A program made the position numbers and the translations under genes. The notes beneath the pieces are model-generated. The model made no database searches. It saw only the letters and a program-made list of their open reading frames with translations, and was not told the DNA's origin. From a virus: a stretch of 64,000 nt of DNA. Shown one piece after another: positions 38,565-47,073 of the stretch; position 1 is the stretch's first letter; each line of letters starts with the position of its first letter. The stretch lies in IMG/VR virus record IMGVR_UViG_3300022910_000005, positions 16,685 through 80,684 of that record, one strand, 5' to 3'.

Positions 38565-39544
38565 AGATCTGGATCGCTGCGGGCGCAGCCAGCCTGGCCG
38601 GGCTCGTCGCGGTTCCGCTCGCCATCACCAGTCTGATGTTCGGCCCACCGCCGCTGCCCGCGCTCAGCATCGCCACCCAAGAGGTCTCCTCCTGCACGGT
38701 GCAGATCCCGGCCAGCGCGCGCACGGCCGGAGCACTGTCGGCCGAGCAGGTCGCGAAATATGCGTACGCGGCCGGTTTCCGTGGGCAGGACATCAACATC
38801 GCCGTGGCCGTGGCCCGCGCCGAGTCCGGCTGGCGGCCGACCGCAACCCTGCTGAACACCAACGGCAGCACCGACCACGGCCTGTTCCAGATCAACTCGA
38901 TCCACGCGGCGATCCTCGCGGAAGGGAACTGGGCTGACCCGGCCGACAACGCGAAGATGGCGTTCAAGGTCTGGACGCAGGCGGGCGGCAAATGGTCCCC
39001 GTGGGTGACGTACTGGCGCGGCACCTACAAGCAGTACCTGACGGACGTCGACCCGAAACCCACCTGCACCACACCGAAGTCGACCGGCCCGTGCAAGAAG
39101 GTGAGCGGTGAGTTCTCCAACGGGCTCATCCCGGCCAGCGCGCTCTGCACCCTGTGGACCAACCGCCACCACCGCCTGCGGGCCGACGCCGCCAACTCGT
39201 TCGACGCGATGAGCCGGGCGTACATGGCGAAATTCGGTGTGCGGCTGTGCCTTACGGACTCCTACCGGCCGCTGTCCGTGCAGATCGACCTGAAGCGGCG
39301 GAAGGGTTTCCTAGCCGCGAAGCCCGGCACGTCCAACCACGGCTGGGGTCTGGCTGTCGATCTGTGCGCTCGCGGCAGCCAGGAGAACCCGCAGCCGTGG
39401 AACCGTGGCACCGAGGACGACGTGTGGCTGCACCAGAACGCACCGAAGTTCGGCTGGGTCCACCCCGGCTGGGCTGAGCCGTCCGGCTCGAAACCCGAAC
39501 CCTGGCACTGGGGTTACAACCTCGACAAGGAGCACGCACCGTGA
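38561..39544 (+). CDS. Conjugative cell-wall hydrolase: lytic transglycosylase plus M15/VanY-like peptidase
   Basis: N-terminal TM; AESG, DHGLFQIN; DSYR, PGTSNHGWGLAVD, EPWHW. Confidence 0.88.
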   Translation: MKIWIAAGAASLAGLVAVPLAITSLMFGPPPLPALSIATQEVSSCTVQIPASARTAGALSAEQVAKYAYAAGFRGQDINIAVAVARAESGWRPTATLLNTNGSTDHGLFQINSIHAAILAEGNWADPADNAKMAFKVWTQAGGKWSPWVTYWRGTYKQYLTDVDPKPTCTTPKSTGPCKKVSGEFSNGLIPASALCTLWTNRHHRLRADAANSFDAMSRAYMAKFGVRLCLTDSYRPLSVQIDLKRRKGFLAAKPGTSNHGWGLAVDLCARGSQENPQPWNRGTEDDVWLHQNAPKFGWVHPGWAEPSGSKPEPWHWGYNLDKEHAP

Positions 39545-39789
39545 GCGATCCGCTTGACCTTCTGGGTGTTGCCGCCATGCGAAAACTACGGGCCCAGCAG
39601 GAACTTGCCGCAGCGAACGCCTCCCTGGCAGCCGCCCTGCGACTCATGGCAGCCCGGCCTGGCGAACCGAAGTGCAGGGTCGGGCAGCACGCACGGGCCT
39701 ACCTCGGCCTGCATGGATTCGGACCAGAAGAGATGACGGCGCTCGGTATTTCGGACAGCAGTGTCAGGAACATGCTCGACGCGGGGTAG
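39541..39789 (+). CDS. Hypothetical protein
   Basis: AAGGAG RBS, overlap. Confidence 0.5.
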   Translation: MSDPLDLLGVAAMRKLRAQQELAAANASLAAALRLMAARPGEPKCRVGQHARAYLGLHGFGPEEMTALGISDSSVRNMLDAG

Positions 39790-39798
39790 GCAGCGAAA

Positions 39799-39830
39799 AG
39801 CCCGGCCAGGCAACCGCCCGGCCGGGCTTC
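39799..39830. terminator. Terminator between convergent conjugation and lysis operons
   Basis: Identical to 917-948. Confidence 0.75.
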
Positions 39831-39859
39831 GTCGTGTTCGCGACCTGCCAGACGAAGGA

Positions 39860-40102
39860 TCAGACGTCAGACAGCGTGCTGGCCGAGTCCGGGTTGCCGA
39901 CCTGCTTGGCCACGAACACCTTGACGGAGTTCAGACCGGCCAGGATGATCGGGGCCGACCAGATCGGCAGATCGAGGGAGTCGATCGACAGCAGGACGGA
40001 CGTCACGACACCGTAGGACGTGGTCCAGAAGATCCGCTCCAGGGCGTCCTTCATGAACTTCGGCTGACGGTACCGGGGGACGGCCGGGGTTTCGTTGGTC
40101 AC
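39860..40102 (-). CDS. Holin
   Basis: KDALERIFWT..., two TM segments, GNPDSAS tail; follows the endolysin. Confidence 0.75.
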   Translation of the reverse strand: MTNETPAVPRYRQPKFMKDALERIFWTTSYGVVTSVLLSIDSLDLPIWSAPIILAGLNSVKVFVAKQVGNPDSASTLSDV

Positions 40103-40119
40103 TGGTTTTCTCCTGAGGG

Positions 40120-41151
40120 TCAGACCGAGCGGGATTCGCCGGTCGGGTTGGACGGGATCAGCGTACTCGCCAGGTCGTTGACCTTGCCTTCGATCGTGGC
40201 CAGGGAGAGCGCCGTCGCCTCGCGGGCGGCCTTCTCCTCGTCCAGCGCGGCGGTCAGCGTCACCAGCAGGTTGTAGACCCGCTCGGCGGCCGGGCCGCCC
40301 CACTTCGCGAGCCGGTCGTAGGTCAGTTCGTCGCCCAACTTCCACGGCGTGGCGCTGGGGCCGTTGTTGCTGTTCATCTGGTCGACCATGTACTGGCTGG
40401 TCAACTTGACGGACAGGTCGTCCTTGGTGAGTGCGGCCACGCTGGGCTCCTTCGGTGGGTCCGGCTTCTCGACCGGAGGCTTGGGCTTCGGGGGGTTGAG
40501 CGCGCTCACGACGCGCGGGATGACGATCGCCTTCAACTGGGCGATCCGGGCGGGACCGGGGCAGCCCTTGCCGACCGCGCCAGACCACTGCACGCCGCCC
40601 TTCACCAGCCAGCCGGAGCCGGACGGCTTGAAGCCGGTCGAATGCTTGCAGCCCTGCCGGTGGTAGGCGATCCCCCGGCGGCCGGGCTTCGTGTCCGGCA
40701 CCAGCCTGGCCGGGATTCCGACCTTGTGGCACTCGAAGTGGCTCGGGCAGTCCTTGTGGGCTTCCTTCGAGCAGAGCCAGGTCACCAGCCGGACGATCGC
40801 GTCGATCTGCTCGGGCGTCCATCCGGCGATGTCCTCGACGAGACGCGGTGCGTTGTCAGCGGTTTCGATGGAGATGACCCCCATGTTTCCGTTGAGGTTC
40901 GCGTCGGCCTTGTACGCCGTGTCGCCCCATTGGTAGACGACGCCGTTGAGGTCGGCGGCCTTGTCGCCGCCCCACTTGCCGCCGACACCGAAATGCGATT
41001 CGGTGCCGGACCAGCCGTTCTGGTGGAACATCGCGTCGGTCGACGTGAGGAAGCCGACCATTGTGTGCAGGCAGATGAAATCGTGCGACGTCATCGCCGC
41101 CTGGTGACCGGCGGCGAGCGGTCGCCACCGGGCTCGGGAGTACCTAGCCAT
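40120..41151 (-). CDS. Endolysin, N-acetylmuramoyl-L-alanine amidase
   Basis: LHT, SHF, ISIE, YH, KGCPG. Confidence 0.88.
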   Translation of the reverse strand: MARYSRARWRPLAAGHQAAMTSHDFICLHTMVGFLTSTDAMFHQNGWSGTESHFGVGGKWGGDKAADLNGVVYQWGDTAYKADANLNGNMGVISIETADNAPRLVEDIAGWTPEQIDAIVRLVTWLCSKEAHKDCPSHFECHKVGIPARLVPDTKPGRRGIAYHRQGCKHSTGFKPSGSGWLVKGGVQWSGAVGKGCPGPARIAQLKAIVIPRVVSALNPPKPKPPVEKPDPPKEPSVAALTKDDLSVKLTSQYMVDQMNSNNGPSATPWKLGDELTYDRLAKWGGPAAERVYNLLVTLTAALDEEKAAREATALSLATIEGKVNDLASTLIPSNPTGESRSV

Positions 41152-41578
41152 CCTGTCGGTCCTTCATCTCGTCAGTCCGGGCACCGAGCCTGGTCACCTG
41201 GGCCAGCAGCGCGTCGTATCGCAGGTTCGCTTCGGCGCGTTCGGTGCGGATCTGGTTCTCCAATCGTGCCACATCGGCACGAAGTCGCTCCTGATCGAAC
41301 AGCCAGCGGGCGCGCTCGGTCGCGTGCCGGGCTTCGTCGGCGATGCGCTGCGAACGCTCCTCGGCGAGCATCTCTCTCAACCGAGCCACGTCCTCGCCCA
41401 GTTCGTCGCGCGCTCGCGCGACGGTGGCGATGTTGGCGTCGACAACTCCGGCATAGCGCATTTCCTTTGGGGGTTCGGCCCGCCAGGCTCGGAAGGCGTC
41501 GTAGGCATACTTGACGCCCCCTCCTGAGAGTACCGCGAGAAACACGGTCACCCACGGGTCCGGTGTGGGGGTGGCCAT
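41144..41578 (-). CDS. Membrane-anchored coiled-coil lysis-region protein
   Basis: One TM plus coiled coil, upstream of the lysin. Confidence 0.65.
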   Translation of the reverse strand: MATPTPDPWVTVFLAVLSGGGVKYAYDAFRAWRAEPPKEMRYAGVVDANIATVARARDELGEDVARLREMLAEERSQRIADEARHATERARWLFDQERLRADVARLENQIRTERAEANLRYDALLAQVTRLGARTDEMKDRQDG

Positions 41579-42036
41579 CAGCAGTCCTTGCGTCGGGTAC
41601 GGACAATCTCCTTGATCAACGCGGCCTCCTGCTCTTTCAGCCACCACCCCCGCAGTAGGCATACGCAGCCGACCGTGAAGAAGAACGCCGCCGTGGCCCC
41701 GGCTCGGCCCCAGGTCGACGCTCCGATCACCGCGACCGAGAAGGCCACGAGGGTCGTTGCGAACAGGTACAGACCACTGGCGATCAGCCCGAGACGCCGG
41801 GATGCGATCCCGAACGCCACGGAAGAGCCAGCCATGATCATCATTACGGCCCAGACAAGTTCCAACTTGTCCGGCAATGCTTGCAGGCTCACCGACGGAG
41901 AGTTGCCGGTGATGATGTTCATGACGATCGCTGCCGCCCAGATCACCAGGCCCATCTCCAGGCCGTATTCACCGATCGCGTGCGGAAGCCGCCTCCTGAG
42001 GACGAACCGTCGCGCCCTTGCTCGCCACGGAGACAT
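41578..42036 (-). CDS. Four-TM membrane protein (lysis region)
   Basis: Hydrophobic segments. Confidence 0.65.
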   Translation of the reverse strand: MSPWRARARRFVLRRRLPHAIGEYGLEMGLVIWAAAIVMNIITGNSPSVSLQALPDKLELVWAVMMIMAGSSVAFGIASRRLGLIASGLYLFATTLVAFSVAVIGASTWGRAGATAAFFFTVGCVCLLRGWWLKEQEAALIKEIVRTRRKDC

Positions 42037-42106
42037 CAAGATCCTTCCACCACAACGATTCGAGCCTGGACCCTGATCGTATGTCAACCCGCCGGTAACG
42101 TGCGGA

Positions 42107-42823
42107 TCAGAACACCTGCGTGGGCGTCACGTACATCCGGCTGGCCGTCGAAACGGTCGTGGTGTTCGCGTTCGAAGCACCCTGAGCCCACTGCCACTGC
42201 AACGTCCCGGCCGCCGTCACGGTCACCAGCATGTCCTCATGCAACACCGACGCGGCCAGGCCAGCATCCAGACCGATCCGCACGGCGGTCGCGAACCCGT
42301 GGCCGGACGCCCGGCTGACTGATCCGGCCGACTGACCCTCGGCCGCCGTCGTGTTCTCGCCCGGACCCATCACCGAGCGGCCGTTCGAGGATATCGTCCC
42401 GCCCGTGAAGGCCCAGGCCGTCCGCAGGTCCGGGACGTCGGACGGCGATGAGCAGTGAGCGAACAGTTCGATCCGGTACGTGCCGATCGACAGCGGCCAC
42501 GCCAAGTCCGTGTCGTTCACCAGCGTGGTCGACGAAGTGACGCCCTGGCTGGCCAGTTTCCGCTTGCAGATGGTGCCGGACGGGATGCCGGACAGGCGAC
42601 CGCCGACGATCCACGTCGACTTCTGCTTGACCATCCACACCCGGTCGCCGACCAGCAGTTGCGAATCCTGGTCTCGCGCAAGCCATGCCAGGTCCGTCTG
42701 GTCGGTGCGCACCTTCCGGGCCGCGCCCGTGTCGATCGCGGTGATGACGCCGATTCGCAGGTCGGCCGTCGGCTCCTTGTCGGCCAGGAGCCCGGCCAGG
42801 TCTTGCGTCTGGTCAATGCTCAC
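42107..42823 (-). CDS. Minor tail protein
   Basis: OB-like N-terminus (VGDRVW) plus beta-sandwich; tail position. Confidence 0.7.
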   Translation of the reverse strand: MSIDQTQDLAGLLADKEPTADLRIGVITAIDTGAARKVRTDQTDLAWLARDQDSQLLVGDRVWMVKQKSTWIVGGRLSGIPSGTICKRKLASQGVTSSTTLVNDTDLAWPLSIGTYRIELFAHCSSPSDVPDLRTAWAFTGGTISSNGRSVMGPGENTTAAEGQSAGSVSRASGHGFATAVRIGLDAGLAASVLHEDMLVTVTAAGTLQWQWAQGASNANTTTVSTASRMYVTPTQVF

Positions 42824-43935
42824 GTAATGGCCTCCTCGCACCGCAGGCGCGTGTGGTCGCCCTGCACGTTCACCAGCGGGATCGTTCCGCTGATCACCTT
42901 GTACCGGCCGTCGGTGGACGAACGGTTGTCGATCACGTTGATCACGTCGTAGATGTCGTGGCCGGGATGTCCACGGGTGAAGATCTCGACCTCCTGCTTC
43001 ATTCCGCTGACGCGGGGCAGGGTTTCAGCAGCGATGGCGGCGGCCTGCACGTCGTTGACGATGATGTCGGACCAGACGCCGTACGGACGGCGGCCGAAAG
43101 GTCCGTCCGAATAGGTGGCACTGTTCGGGTCCGTGTCCCACAGTTCAGCGCGGATCGGCAGGTAGTCGGGATGCTGGCCGCGCACGATGACGCCGGAGTA
43201 GACCGCGTCCACCGGCCGGAACCTCCTGGACACATTCATCAGCACGCTGTGCAGACCGGTGGTGTACGTGACCCCGGTGTCCACTTCGGTGATCGGTTCG
43301 ACGACCGCCTGCCCCAACTGGTCGAAATAGCAGACGTACGAGGATGCTTCGCACAACGCACGGATCGCATCCCACGGCGACGTCAGCCGGTCGAACACCA
43401 CCTCGGGCGTCACCCACGCTGACGTGGTGACGCGGATGGCGACCGTCGGCATCCGGGCGGCGATGATCGCTGCGATGGCCGTGTGGATCGGCGTGCCGTC
43501 CTCCACCACCCACGGGTCCTCGAACCGCCTGCTGCGCAACGAGTCGACCCGGTCGAACCCCTTGATCTCCACGACGGTGCCGTCCGAGTGCGAACGCACC
43601 TCCGGCTCGCTGATCCCGAACACGCCCATCGGAACGTATTCGTAGCCGGACACTCCTTCGTCGTCGGTCACCCACAGACCGCGATAGATCTTCAGTTCCG
43701 TGCCTTTTGGCGTGAGCAGGTCGGTCGCCTTCGTGGGCGTCAGTTCGCCGTCCGCGTCGCTGATCGTGAAGTGGGCCTCCCGCCGCACCGCAACGTCGTC
43801 GATGCCGATGTAGCCGGAGATCAGCACGTCCAACGTTGTGATGAGCGTGTCCGCGTACAGCACGTCGATCTTCGTCGACCATCTCCGGGTGGAGTCGAGC
43901 AGCGCAAGGTCGAACGCCTTGCTGGTCCTCCACAC
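42820..43935 (-). CDS. Minor tail / baseplate hub protein
   Basis: YRG..EYVPMGVF, YFDQLG, YSDGPFGRRP motifs. Confidence 0.8.
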   Translation of the reverse strand: MWRTSKAFDLALLDSTRRWSTKIDVLYADTLITTLDVLISGYIGIDDVAVRREAHFTISDADGELTPTKATDLLTPKGTELKIYRGLWVTDDEGVSGYEYVPMGVFGISEPEVRSHSDGTVVEIKGFDRVDSLRSRRFEDPWVVEDGTPIHTAIAAIIAARMPTVAIRVTTSAWVTPEVVFDRLTSPWDAIRALCEASSYVCYFDQLGQAVVEPITEVDTGVTYTTGLHSVLMNVSRRFRPVDAVYSGVIVRGQHPDYLPIRAELWDTDPNSATYSDGPFGRRPYGVWSDIIVNDVQAAAIAAETLPRVSGMKQEVEIFTRGHPGHDIYDVINVIDNRSSTDGRYKVISGTIPLVNVQGDHTRLRCEEAIT

Positions 43936-46900
43936 TCACTGCCTCCCGAGCGTTGGGTCGATCTCGATGTAGTCGACAACGATGTTGCGATGCCGCTGTG
44001 CCTCAACGTTGTACTTGCGCCGGATCAGCCGAGCGAAAATGATCGCACCGACGGGACTCTGAAGGACGAACGTTGCCGTCCGATCCAGAACGCTCGTTGC
44101 GTATTCGATGTCGGCAGCCTTCACGAAGATGGTCAACGTTCCGGTGGCCGCCTGAAGTCCTTCAGTGTCAACGATCGGGTAGAAGCGTCCGGCCGGACGG
44201 TGAACGCTGGACGACTCGTCGTCCGTCCGATCGTGACCGACAACGTAGCCGTACAGTTCCGCTTCGTCAGCGCTGTCGCAATCGCGGATACCCCAACGTT
44301 CGGCCTCCAGGCTGATCGTGGCCAGCGCTGACGAACCGCTCGACAGCGTGCTGCCCTGCCCCTGGTCGATGTCGGTGAACGCACGGTAGATCACGTCCTT
44401 GCCGAACGGCATCAGCCGGTCGTACGCGATGGCGATCTGGCGCAGGTTCGGCTTGATCCGCTCCAGGATCGTCGCGAACGTTGTCCCACCGTCATCGCTA
44501 CGCTCCACCCGCAGCGTCTCGTTCTGAGCGAAACCTCCCGGCTGGTAAGCAACGACCCGGCCAGGGTGAAAAGACACGTACCCGACGTAGAACACCTCGG
44601 ACGCTGCTGCCGTGCTCAGCACCTCCAGGACGACCCGGGCCAACACTGCGCCGACCGGAGCGACGTCCGTAACGTTCGCCTGAGCGTAGGCCGCGTTCGT
44701 TGCGTTGACCTGGCTGGACACCGTCGTTGAGATCAACGTTCCGGTGCCGTCGTCGTCGTCGTACCAGCGGATCGAAACGCGGGCCGCCCGCGTCGTTGTC
44801 GCTGCCCGGAACGACGCCATCAACGTATACGCTGTGCCTTCCTGCACCGGGAACGACAATGGTCGCAGCGGAGCCGGTTCGTCAGCGGTCGGCGGCGGCG
44901 GGTCGCCCACCACAGTGCGAGCGGCCATCGTCCCGGCCGCAACGCTGGTCATCTTGAATCCGATCAGCAGACCGGCCCCGGTGTCCTCGATCTGGTCGGC
45001 CAACGTAACGTTCGCGTCCGACTCCCAGCCGGTCGCACTGCCGTCCTGGTCGGCCGTCAGGAACGACGACTGGCCGGTCAGGTCCAGGCGAGCGCGCGGG
45101 ACGCCAGACACAAAATCGATTGAGTCCACCACCTCCACCAGCGGGCCGGACGGCGGCGTGACGAAGATGCTGAAGGACGAGTAGACCCAGTCGCTGGCGA
45201 TGGCGGCCACACTCGTCGCCCGAACGTACGCCCGATACGAAACGTTGTTCGTCAGCGGCAGTTCGATGCGCGCTGACCTGGCGACACTGGAGCCGACCAC
45301 GCCGGACGTCCACACCGCGCCGAGCGGGTCCGTCGGTGAGATGCCCGGCCCCTCCGGCACGATGCGGATCTCGTAGTCCCGTTGCGCGTCGAGGCTGGAG
45401 TACGTCCACTGCACCAGCGGCGTGCTCTCCTCGTACACCACGTTCGTCGGGTCGGTCACCACGACGATCGGGCTGGCCGCCGAGATGACGGTGCGCGGGC
45501 TCGTGAAGGCGCTGGATGAGCCGCTGCTGGACACCACCTGGATCGCCCAGGTGTACGTGACGCCGTTCGTCCACTTGCTGGCCGGGAACGTCACCTGCGA
45601 CGGGTTGTCCGGGTCCGTGGTGTTCGTGACCGTGCCGGACTGGAACGCTTGCGTCGTCGCGTTCCAGTACTCCGTCGTTCCACCGTTGACCCGCTTGAAC
45701 ACGTACCCGGCCTCGGCGTCGCCGGGCGCGATCGGGTTGTACGTCCAGGTGAACGTTCCGCCCAGCGCCAGGTTCAACTTCGCGCCGCTGGCCGGGCTCT
45801 CCAGGGTTGGCGTTGGTGGCGTCCGCACCAGCGTGGTGAGGATCGCCGAGTTCACCGTGTAGACCACGGGATTCGTGCCGGTGATGATCGTGTAGAGGTA
45901 TGGGATCGTGTTCCGCTGCGGGTGCCGGGGCAGCGACACCTGCCCGTCCACCGTGGACGGGCTGCGGGCGATCAGCACCGACCAGGCTGACCAGGTCAGC
46001 AGCGAGCGGGTGAACTTGCTGTACCGCACGTCGCCGTCGCCCTGGTCGTGGAAGATCAGGTAGATGTCGTCGGTGACCGGGTCGCACGCCAGGGAGAGCC
46101 CGGCCAGTTGGGTGGTGCCGCCCGGGAGCGCCGGGGGTGAGCGGGTCACCGGGGCGGCCACGCCGTCCCATTCGACGACCGAGATGGAGTTCGCGTTCGC
46201 CGACCAGGCGAACATGTACCGCGCGCCGTCCCACACGCCGCACAGCGTCGTCTTCGGCACGCTGCCGGTCGCCAGGACCACCGGGGTTCCCCAGGTCCAC
46301 ACGCCGCCGCTGTAGGCCGCCCGGTTGAGCCGGATGCCGCCGGACGCGCCGTACAGGCCGGTCCCCAGGAACAGGTGAGGGGTCGCTGACGGGGTGATGC
46401 CGTCGCCCGTGTGCGCGAACTCCAGGCTGCCGAACTGGGTCGCCTCCAGGCCGCTGGACGGACCCATCGTCGTCGCGCCGACGCTCAGCACGCCCTTGTT
46501 GGAGATGTTGACCCGGGCCACCTGGCAGCCGCCGGTCGTGCCGATCGAGTAGCAGAGGAACGCCGTCCAACCGGTGCCGTTGCGGAAGGCGATCGGGTCC
46601 GAGTCGATTGCCAGGCGGCCACCGGCCGGGCTGATCTTCAGCGTCTTCCAGGACCAGCCGGGGATGTAGTTGCCGCTGGCCAGATCCTTCGCGCTGACGA
46701 CGGTCGACGTGCCGCCCTGGAGCGTGGCCGTGTTGTTCGGGGCCTTCGTCGGCGTGCCCCGCGCGTAGATGATGACCTGCGGGTCCAGGTCGTACTGGAC
46801 GAACGACAGGTGCGCGTAGCCGTCCTGGTCGACGTACATCGACGGGTTGGCCTTGTTCTGGCCGAGATTCAACTCGGACGTCGGACTCCAGTGCCAGGTG

Positions 46901-47061
46901 TTACCGGAGTCCCTGCTGTAGTAGAACTTGGCGACGCCGCCGGTCGAGCCGGACGCGGAAACCACGACGGCCCAGAAGAACCCGTCCTTGTCCTCCATGA
47001 TCCGCTTGTCCGGCGAACCCTGGAGGGCGAACGTGTTGTTGCCGACGAAGACTTTCGCCAC
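43936..47061 (-). CDS. Large minor tail protein (propeller-like, FN3-like and carbohydrate-binding-like segments)
   Basis: 1041 aa directly after the tape measure; beta-rich. Confidence 0.78.
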   Translation of the reverse strand: MAKVFVGNNTFALQGSPDKRIMEDKDGFFWAVVVSASGSTGGVAKFYYSRDSGNTWHWSPTSELNLGQNKANPSMYVDQDGYAHLSFVQYDLDPQVIIYARGTPTKAPNNTATLQGGTSTVVSAKDLASGNYIPGWSWKTLKISPAGGRLAIDSDPIAFRNGTGWTAFLCYSIGTTGGCQVARVNISNKGVLSVGATTMGPSSGLEATQFGSLEFAHTGDGITPSATPHLFLGTGLYGASGGIRLNRAAYSGGVWTWGTPVVLATGSVPKTTLCGVWDGARYMFAWSANANSISVVEWDGVAAPVTRSPPALPGGTTQLAGLSLACDPVTDDIYLIFHDQGDGDVRYSKFTRSLLTWSAWSVLIARSPSTVDGQVSLPRHPQRNTIPYLYTIITGTNPVVYTVNSAILTTLVRTPPTPTLESPASGAKLNLALGGTFTWTYNPIAPGDAEAGYVFKRVNGGTTEYWNATTQAFQSGTVTNTTDPDNPSQVTFPASKWTNGVTYTWAIQVVSSSGSSSAFTSPRTVISAASPIVVVTDPTNVVYEESTPLVQWTYSSLDAQRDYEIRIVPEGPGISPTDPLGAVWTSGVVGSSVARSARIELPLTNNVSYRAYVRATSVAAIASDWVYSSFSIFVTPPSGPLVEVVDSIDFVSGVPRARLDLTGQSSFLTADQDGSATGWESDANVTLADQIEDTGAGLLIGFKMTSVAAGTMAARTVVGDPPPPTADEPAPLRPLSFPVQEGTAYTLMASFRAATTTRAARVSIRWYDDDDGTGTLISTTVSSQVNATNAAYAQANVTDVAPVGAVLARVVLEVLSTAAASEVFYVGYVSFHPGRVVAYQPGGFAQNETLRVERSDDGGTTFATILERIKPNLRQIAIAYDRLMPFGKDVIYRAFTDIDQGQGSTLSSGSSALATISLEAERWGIRDCDSADEAELYGYVVGHDRTDDESSSVHRPAGRFYPIVDTEGLQAATGTLTIFVKAADIEYATSVLDRTATFVLQSPVGAIIFARLIRRKYNVEAQRHRNIVVDYIEIDPTLGRQ

Positions 47062-47073
47062 CGAGCGCCATCC

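Noticed and set aside
32160-39544. Operon as a type VII secretion system or an independent ICE insertion
   Set aside because: Single ATPase domain, no WXG100 or mycosin genes; no integrase or relaxase, and it shares phage regulatory motifs
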